This document shows positions 54,920 through 64,000 of a stretch of 64,000 nucleotides of DNA, piece after piece. The notes below the pieces were generated by a model. The model made no database searches and had not been told where the DNA came from. It saw only the letters and a program-made list of their open reading frames with translations. Origin of the DNA: Octopus vulgaris (Eukaryota); the NCBI GenBank assembly GCA_951406725.2, contig OX597829.1:35216001-35280000 (forward strand). Direction: 5' to 3'. The position numbers and the translations under genes were made by a program. The stretch's first letter is position 1. Each line of letters opens with the position of its first letter.

Positions 54920-57700
54920 AATAAGCGAACGGAAGCGTAAAAAGTACAATACTATATATCAATACAATTGAACACCTGGTACACATACAAAAGAAAAATA
55001 CCAATACAAGTAAGTGTATCCCAGCCATACAGGTACGAGAAGCTTCAACATCGGTAGTATGAGGGTAGGTGTTCGTTCTGACTATTTTCTACAAATTGTG
55101 TGTTCCGAAATTGCCCTTCAGTATTTTGTGTTTGCCAGGCAGTGACGTGCCTCTTGTGCCGTAATCCCCTAGCTAACCACTCGGCACTCGACTATCATCT
55201 CCTCCTGTAGAGTCAATTAAATAGGCTCGGATGAACTGTATTTATACTGCGCTGTTCGGGCACGTCGTAGGACGATGGCCAGGTTTCTTCTCGGCATGAA
55301 ATAATTTTGCATGGGCTCAATTAATTTTTCTTCTTCCATTCAATTCTTATTGTTCCCGATAGTTTATCACAATTCAGAAGTCTCCCTCGATTCCCTATTG
55401 CAGTCAGATGATAGAATGATACTGCTTGGAGGTCATGACTGGTCTTCTGAAAGAAGACTTCAGTTTGTTTCAGTTTGCTTCGTATTGCTGCTGGAAATGA
55501 AAAAAATAGTAATACCCATAGCTGTGATCTGTATATGATGCTGTAATATGAGTGGTAGCATCAGCCTTGGTCTTCACCCCAGAGCTCTCTGTATTGATGC
55601 TGCTACCTTTGCTGCTCTCTGCTGTTATTCTTTTATTCTTTTTTTTAGACAGAAAGCGCATATTGCTAATTTTTATACGTATTGTAACTGAGCTTTTATG
55701 AATAGGTTGGAATTTCAGGACAGTTTTATAGTCTTCGCTGATCATTAGCTTCTATTTGTCCATACGGACACCATATTCTACAAGTCACCTCAACGTTCAT
55801 CAATTGTTCTTACTATTACACAAAGCCAAGAATTGATGTTACCGTCCCTGGTTATGATTTTAACATTACTATTTATCTGGTTATGTGAACATGTAGAAAA
55901 GTATGCGACGAAGCAGATTTATTTGTCTCCTCTCGTTGATAATCATAAAAACTACGAACATGCTTCGATATGTCCTGTCCCACTTGGTGAAGTACACGTG
56001 CTGCTACCAATAGAACGGACCACTCTCCAATTTCTCTTACAAGGGTTGCAGAGCACCTCTCTAATTTTTGAAAACAGAGATATGTCATAATCTTCCCTGT
56101 TTCTCTTGAAAAATTCTTCGAATAAGGAAACAGTCTTTTGCGTGAAAACTGTTAATTTCATTTCTTTTTCCGTGATGTAAATCAAGTACAGGTTTACAAT
56201 ACAAGTTTAGAAGAATCTTGGAATTATCCTATAGTGAGTTACGCTTTTATTCCTATTGAATAAATGTTTCCAACACAATTCTTTTGGTTGTCATCAATTG
56301 TTGAAGTGGAAGCGTGTGCGCTTGATACATTTGTACCACCATTAGAACGAGTTTCACTTTCTGTTACTTCTGAGGTAACTATCTTGCTGCACGTGTAAAT
56401 ATTTCACAAAGCTCTTTGTTAAAAAAAGCGTGTTATTTATTTTTTTTAATTCCAGAGGTAAGGAAGATGTTCGAATGCTCCGAAGCACTTTGGTGGGGAA
56501 AAAGAACATAATAATATTAATAATAATAATAGCAACAACAACAACAATAATGATGATGATGATGATTTCTTTTATTTGCTGCAGAAAAGTTGGAGGTTAC
56601 AATGTGTAGTGTTCACTCAAAATTGAACGAGGAGGGAAAATGCGAGGTAAAATAAGAGGAAAAGTACAGGAAAAATGTATGAAGAAATTGCTGATGTAAT
56701 TCTCATACAGGAGATCTTCCATCTAGAGCAAAGAAAGAGCATCACGTGTCCAAGATCATCCGACCAACAAAATACGCACTCTAGTGGATGCTTAGATTTG
56801 TTGTAGTCACTATAACATTTTTCACCACGGTTATTCATAAATTCACTAGAAAAGGCTATATCCCTATCTTCATTGCCATGCTTTCCAACAGGAACTTGAA
56901 AAACTTATGTTCTTAATTGAAGGGAAAATTATCTTTCATTAATCCTTTCAGCCTCGTCTACCACACAACCTCTTTCGCTATAGCTACCACATAATGTAAA
57001 AAAGTGTCTACTTAGCCCTATTAAATGTCGGTGGTTGGGTGATCTTCAAAACAGTCTTGGCTAATAGCCAGATCCATTATATGCGGGAACATATGTTAAA
57101 CATAACTCTGCAAGTCAGCAATGTTCGGACACTGTGCTAAAAGCGCATCTTGGGCCGGTCCATTTGACGGCATTTCTGTTCCTGTAGAGTTTCTCTCGAA
57201 CCAGTAATGACCCTCGTTAACGCTGTCAGGCTTAGGATTTCTGCTAGGCTAAAGAAGTTGTAGTCTCCTGTCCGTGAGCTCTCTAGAACAGGCCAACTGG
57301 TTTGTCTTTTATGAAGCCTAGATTTTCTTTGAGGATGTCATCGCTATTACTTTTAATAGTTTCTGGAACTTTCACTGACCTAAGACATTAATTGGAAGGG
57401 GTAAGTGGGTACCTGACAATATTCCAGATGCCAGGCATTCAATCTTGATATTTTCTTAACTATGGTTACTGCTTTGTCAAAGAGACAACTATCTCTGTTT
57501 TTCTAGTTCCTCAGAAAGCACTTACATGATTCCTATTGGAAGCGCTTTTCTCACTCTGCATGTGAGACATCAGGAAGCCATACTTTTCACTATCAATCTA
57601 ATGCTTTTCTTTCCACATCTTGAGAACAATTGTTCTTAGTGGTAAGACCATATGGGATCTGCATTTAGCAAATAGGAATCCACCTAGTGGTCATTCTTCT
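54920..57700 (-). mobile_element. Very decayed PLE (RT and GIY-YIG remnants)
   Basis: The minus strand has VDTF (YVDDTF-like, ~57000) and SGPFY.GST-like text near 56010. Boundaries are uncertain. Confidence 0.35.
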
Positions 57701-57821
57701 TATATGTATGTAATATAATTTTATGAATCTTCAGATTTTTTTCAAAATGCTAAGCTACTGGTTTAAATTGATATTACTCTAATTAATATCATTTTTTTAA
57801 AACCCTTATTTAAATTATATA

Positions 57822-57882
<61 letters not shown>

Positions 57883-57886
<4 letters not shown>

Positions 57887-58161
57887 CTCGTGTTGTGTTT
57901 TCTCTGTGTTTTCATGTTTGGATTAACTATATTTACATAGTTAATCCAAACATGAAAATACAAAGAGAAAACACAACAACGCTAGGACGTGGAACAAGTA
58001 TAGTGTTATTGGACGCTCAGGAAAGGAAAGAAATAAGGAGGATTCAACGTTTGGAGCGGAGCTCTTCGTCAGAAACATAGAAAAAGGAAAGGTCCCAAAA
58101 AGGAAGAGAAGACGGAGAAAGAAAATTTCCAAAGATACACAGGCAGTCACATATTGAATGA

Positions 58162-58163
<2 letters not shown>
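57883..58163 (-). mobile_element. (TA)n-flanked PLE terminal fragment with inverted end duplication and a mutated hammerhead
   Basis: Imperfect palindrome at 57891-57978. The minus strand reads CTGACGA-AGAGCTCCGCTC-CAAAC-GTT, with GAAA changed to CAAA. Confidence 0.6.
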
Positions 58164-58219
<56 letters not shown>

Positions 58220-58759
58220 TCGAATTTGTGTGAATGTGTATAGAATAATACCTCAGTTGAATAAAGTTACAACGTAATCTGATTTTCACGTTTATTATCA
58301 TCCAAAATTAACTGACAGTTCTTGATAAAATTAGTATCTCTTAGAACGATCCAACTAGATAAATTTTTAGAATACCTTTTTGATCAATCCACTTGCTCAA
58401 GGACTCAACTGTCAGTTAAACACATTTGAAATCTGGTGAGTTACACTATGTATGAAAGGGGTAATTTTGTTAAAATACCATAATAAAAAACGTGATAACC
58501 AGACTATACTTTAACTTTATTCAATTGATATACATACATACGCGCGCGCGCGCGCACACACACACAAACATACACACATATATATATACATATATATAAA
58601 TTAAACAATGAGGGTAGAAATTGATATTAATCAATTAAAATCAGTGGTTCGCATATTTAAAAACTCCGAAGATTATAAATCATATTACATACAAAAAACG
58701 CCAGAATGTAAAAAATGAGGAAGACAAATGAAAATATACGAAATATAAAAATGATTACC

Positions 58760-58823
58760 TACGTACCGATGGTTTCGCTTGTTAATATTTACGAATGTAA
58801 GTATCTAGAAGCTCATCAGCGTA
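58760..58823 (-). ncRNA. Intact-looking type-I hammerhead ribozyme in a PLE-like terminal fragment (~58600-58885)
   Basis: The minus strand reads TACG-CTGATGA-GCTT...AAGC-GAAAC-CATCG-GTA-CGTA. All three stems pair. Confidence 0.75.
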
Positions 58824-58889
58824 ATCTGTCGCTTACAAAACACAATTTCCAGAACTAGACAGAGAACTCTCACTTCTTAATTTTGTGTT

Positions 58890-58924
<35 letters not shown>

Positions 58925-58928
<4 letters not shown>

Positions 58929-58970
58929 AAGTATATATGTATGCACATCTCTATATCTACATATATATCA

Positions 58971-59008
<38 letters not shown>

Positions 59009-59050
59009 AAGTATATATGTATGCACATATATATATCTACATATATATCA

Positions 59051-59094
<44 letters not shown>

Positions 59095-59139
59095 AAGTAT
59101 ATATGTATGCACATCTATATATCTACATATATATCAATG

Positions 59140-59140
<1 letters not shown>
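58925..59140. repeat. Three tandem copies of a ~50-bp unit separated by (TA)n
   Basis: ATCAAAGTATATATGTATGCACAT.T.TATATCTACATATATATCAATGTAT occurs three times. Confidence 0.85.
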
Positions 59141-59180
<40 letters not shown>

Positions 59181-59509
59181 GTGTGTGTGTTTGTGTGTTT
59201 GTGTGTGTATGTATGTGTGTGCGTATGTTTGTGTGCATGTATATATATATATATACATGCACACACATACACACACACACATATATATGCATATACGTCT
59301 ATATACATTGTATATATTATTTTATGCACAGACGCATATATATATACACACATATATACTTAAATAATTGTATATTCATGTTTATTATGAGAAACCATTT
59401 AGAACAACGATTAAAATCCTCAGTTGCAACAAAGAATGCTTTGATTTAATTACTCATCTTTTATAATAATGTAAAAATGCAGGTATACATACATGCATAC
59501 ATGCATACA

Positions 59510-59545
<36 letters not shown>

Positions 59546-59971
59546 TATGTATATATTTATACATCTACATATATATATATATTCAGGCAATACACACAAA
59601 CATATACATACATAGATGCGTATATATGTATATATGTTACTCGTATATTTCTAAACGTTTTATATATATATATATATATCTGAATAACTTTATATATGTA
59701 TGTATGTGTCTAATCTTGTTGGTAATGCTTGCCGAAGGATTTTTTTTCAGCTCGATATTGCTGACAAATAATTTTGTCTTTTTCATACAACACGCATTAT
59801 GATTAACACATCTGCCTATATATTTTATCGTTATGTATTAATATTATTATCAAAATCCGAGTAACAAATGTAATCAAGCACATGCACGTATATACATAAG
59901 CTCATATATGAAATATATGATATAGTGTGTGTGTATATATACATACATGCATACATTCATACATGCATACA

Positions 59972-60007
<36 letters not shown>

Positions 60008-60054
60008 TGTATGTATACATATATATATGCAGGTGTGTGCGTGCGCATGTATAT

Positions 60055-60096
<42 letters not shown>

Positions 60097-60863
60097 TAAA
60101 AAAATTATATGTATGTTTGCTCACATATATAAGTGTGTGCATATATATTATACACACAGACATACATAAATATACATGTTTATATACACACACACAAAAG
60201 CACGTAAGCATACACACCCACACGTATGCATGAACATAATTGTAAATTATTTAGCTTGTGATGGATTGCAGTGCCAATAACCTTTGTTAGTTCTTTGAGA
60301 GTACAGATATGTATGTGTTATTGTAAGCGAGCGTGCGTTCATGTTTGTGTGCATTTGTTCCTGTCTGTGTCTGTGTGATTCTTGCATGTCTTTGAAAGTT
60401 TGCATTTGCTTGATTCTGAGTATTTTTGTTGATGTGTCAGCTTTGAATCCGCTGCAGGCATTTCCTTGTCTTCCTGAGTAGAAAACTCCGTTGTCGGTTG
60501 TAAAGTGGGCGCTAACATATTTGATGTAGTAAGCCAAGAAATTTTAATTAATTAAAATTACACCTTCAATGACGAAAACAAATCATTATCTAAATGAATA
60601 AGTCTAGTCGTAGCAGGAAGGGGAGACAACACTGTAACATTTGATTAAATAAAATTAATTATATATAGAATACAGTTAGAGCGTGTCTGATCTTTAGCAG
60701 TATGCTGATAACTCCGGCCAGGTTTTGGTTATATTAGAATGCTTCACTAAAGCACTGCCCAACCATTACTGTTATATCTGAGAAGATCAATTGTCTCTGT
60801 TAATCCGGATATTTTACAAAATTTTATTCTAGCAACTTATTTTTCCTGTTTGTATGTGTGTGT

Positions 60864-60973
<110 letters not shown>

Positions 60974-61959
60974 AAAAATTAGTGTACATTTATTCACAAA
61001 GAGGCAAGCCTTTAACAGGTTGCCTTTAACAGACTGCCTGTCAGTCTGTCTGTCCGTCCGTCCGTCCATTCATCCGTCTGTCTGTCTGCCTGCCTATCAC
61101 TCTCTCTCTCACGCGTGGCTGTGTACACATTTCGAAGGTATGACGGTTTATAGGTATCATATCTCACAAATTCATCCAACCGATCCAGTGGAAGTTACAA
61201 CTGTCTGTTACCTATGCTTCAAATCAGCAGGATTCAATAGTCATCTGAGAAGTTACAGCCGGAATGTCAGAAATACCTTTCACAACAAGAAAGTTCAGAG
61301 AAACAGCAATCATCATCATCATCATCATCATCATCTTCATCTCATATATATATATATATATATTTCTACGCATATATATATAATTCTGAATGGCATTCTA
61401 TACGATCTTTTAACTCTTTCCTTTTTCTCTATTTCTCTATCTTATTCTTTTACCTCCACTTGTCCCACTATTCTATCCTATTACTCTGTCACTCTCTCTC
61501 CCTCACTCCTCCCTAGCTCACATGGCTCCAACGTGACCATCGTCCATCTTTCTTTCTTCTCCGAACTTGTGTTCCTTTCTTTCTCTCTGTTGTAGCTGGA
61601 ACAAGGTAGACGTGTTCTTGTCTGTCTCTTGTCCAAACTTGATTTATGCGTTCGCCAACACATCCAGAAAATGGTGTCAGGACTGCCATATATACAAATA
61701 AATACGATAAATGCCCATGCACAGAAATCAAAATGTCCTGTGATGAATCTCCGTATGAATACAAATCTTGTAAATGTACTGTGCACACAAGGCCGTATAT
61801 TTACATTGGGCAGACTGCTGATTCATTTAAGAATATATATACATGTATATACATATGCATGTACATATACATATATATATATATACATGTATTTATATAT
61901 ATATATATATATATATGTATTTATATATATATATATGTATTTATATATATATATATATG

Positions 61960-62051
<92 letters not shown>

Positions 62052-62052
<1 letters not shown>

Positions 62053-63500
62053 ATTATATTTTGACAAAGAAATCAATAACGATGAATCAAAGGTTCGTAA
62101 CAAAAGCAGTTATAATCCCACAAAAGGCAGAAACAAAACTTTGGACAAATTTTGTGACTACATTTCAATCTTTCCTTATAGTGAACTTCCACAACCTAAA
62201 CCCAAACCCAACACCAGTAAAAGGGAATGGGAAATCGTCTATGAGTTACAAAACAATCATGACATCACAATCAAAGAAGCAGATAAGGGTAGTACTGTCA
62301 TCATTATGGATACTGAACAGTATAACTACTCTGTATCTCACCTTTTACAAGATACTGCCTACTATGAAAGAGTAGTCAACAACCAACAATCCAAAACAAT
62401 GACCAAATTAAACACACTCATTTGCCAACATTGAAATAACTTAACAGCAAAGGAATGCGACTACCTAACAAACTTTAATTGCAAAACCAGCATCCTCTAC
62501 GAGCTTCCGAAAATCCACAAGAGCAAAATAATTACTGAAGCTTGCTAAAAGTCCACTTCAACCTGCATCACTGAACCACTTCCACTGATCTTAAAGTGAG
62601 ACCAATTGTGGCAGACCCAAACTGTGAAACACACAGATTAAGCAACTTTATCGATAGCCTCTTAAAACCAATACTTAAACACATACCAAGTATTGTAAGA
62701 GATGACCTGGACCTACAAAATCTTCTCCCCAAACATACCAATAAAGACATTTTCATTATCTTCTTTGATGAAATAAACCTTTACACTACGATCCCACATC
62801 AATATGGACTGGAAGCCATTAAATTCTGGCTAGAAAAATACCCCAATGAGGTCCCGGAAAGAATAAATAAGAATTTATCATCGAGGGCCTTAAGTTTATC
62901 CTCAAAACAACTTTTTGAATTTTAATAATAACACCTACAGACAGGTATCAGGGACTGCAATGGGTATTAAATTTTCACTTACTTGTGCAAACCTGCTGAT
63001 GGCCTACCTCGAATTACAAATTTATGAAGAATTCAAATCAAAATACGGCCTGTCTTTCCACAAATACCTGTTGGAGAATTGGAAACGTTCCTTTGATGAT
63101 TGCCTCATCCTATGGTCCCACACACTCGACCAACTCATTGATTTCCAAAAACTTAATAAACAATGTCAACAACCATATCCAATTTACAATGGAATATAGA
63201 CAAGACCAACTTTCTTTTCTTGACATTCTTATAAAAAATGCACCAACATTGAAACTGATATCCACTACAAACCAACTGATTCCAAACAATACCTTGCGTT
63301 CACCTCCAATTACCCAAACGACAGGAATATAAACATCCCCTTTAACCCAGCGAGAAGAATCTGTACAATTCTCTCAAATTATAGAACACGAAATAAAAGA
63401 CTGCAAGAACTAAAGGCAACTCTTCTCGAAAGACATTACCCAGCATTATTAGTTGACAATGGAATAGAACGGGCCAAGGCAATCGCTACCTAAGAAGTGA
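62052..63500 (+). mobile_element. Neptune-like PLE reverse transcriptase, pseudogenised and truncated at both ends
   Basis: [70 protein letters not shown] and SFLDILI. Confidence 0.9.
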
Positions 63501-63534
63501 ATAAACATCTTTAAAATTACATTTTCAAATCTTC

Positions 63535-63599
<65 letters not shown>

Positions 63600-63877
63600 C
63601 ACGCATATATATATGTATATATATATATGTATATATATATATGTATATATATATATAATGCAGCGGGAATGAATTCTGAGTAATCGTTATCATAATTTAA
63701 TTTACTTTAAGGTAAGGATGACTTAAATTGACTTTTAACATCCCCATTCATACAAAGACCAAGTAGATAGTTAACTCGCTTTGTGATCATGAGTGCACCA
63801 ATCCTCACGTGTGCGTCTGCTCACATTTTTGCGGATGCTTGTATGAGCGAGTATACTCGCGTCATGCAGCTTGTATA

Positions 63878-63927
<50 letters not shown>

Positions 63928-63973
63928 CATACGCATATATATACGCACACATATATATATATACATATATATA

Positions 63974-64000
63974 CTCTTTTACTCTTTTACTTGTTTCAGT
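63974..64000 (-). mobile_element. 3' tail of SINE family A (continues beyond the window)
   Basis: Reverse complement of ACTGAAACAAGTAAAAGAGTAAAAGAG, seen at ~31760-31786. Confidence 0.7.

Noticed and set aside
58925-59140. CRISPR-like repeat-spacer pattern
   Set aside because: The spacers are only (TA)n, the context is eukaryotic, and there are no cas genes.
60247-60537. 96-aa ORF
   Set aside because: No coherent domain; at most a GIY-YIG remnant (CKTCKNH in another frame).
61190-61265. C2H2-like VCYLCFKSAGFNSHLRSY peptide
   Set aside because: An isolated degenerate motif, probably an RTE LINE C-terminal remnant; there is no gene context.

Overview
This is AT-rich, microsatellite-dense eukaryotic DNA. 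The SINE families and (TA)n/(CATA)n/(TCTA)n content suggest an octopus or other coleoid cephalopod (inference). I found no host-gene exon, and most long ORFs in the track are translations of simple repeats. The window is mostly decayed transposons: Penelope-like elements (PLEs; Poseidon-, Neptune- and Naiad-like), RTE, Tx1/L1, CR1-like and RLE-type LINE fragments, several Tc1/mariner elements, a Gypsy LTR+gag fragment, a solo LTR, non-autonomous Helitrons, MITEs and tRNA-derived SINEs. The most notable signal is a dense set of minimal type-I hammerhead ribozyme motifs (CTGANGA...GAAAC-palindrome-GTH). They sit in short PLE-derived, mostly (TA)n-flanked fold-back elements. Examples are a perfect 158-bp palindrome with one intact-looking hammerhead on each strand (39233-39390), and a PLE whose 3' region has a tRNA-like module just upstream of its hammerhead. 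All calls were made by eye; no database searches or folding programs were run.
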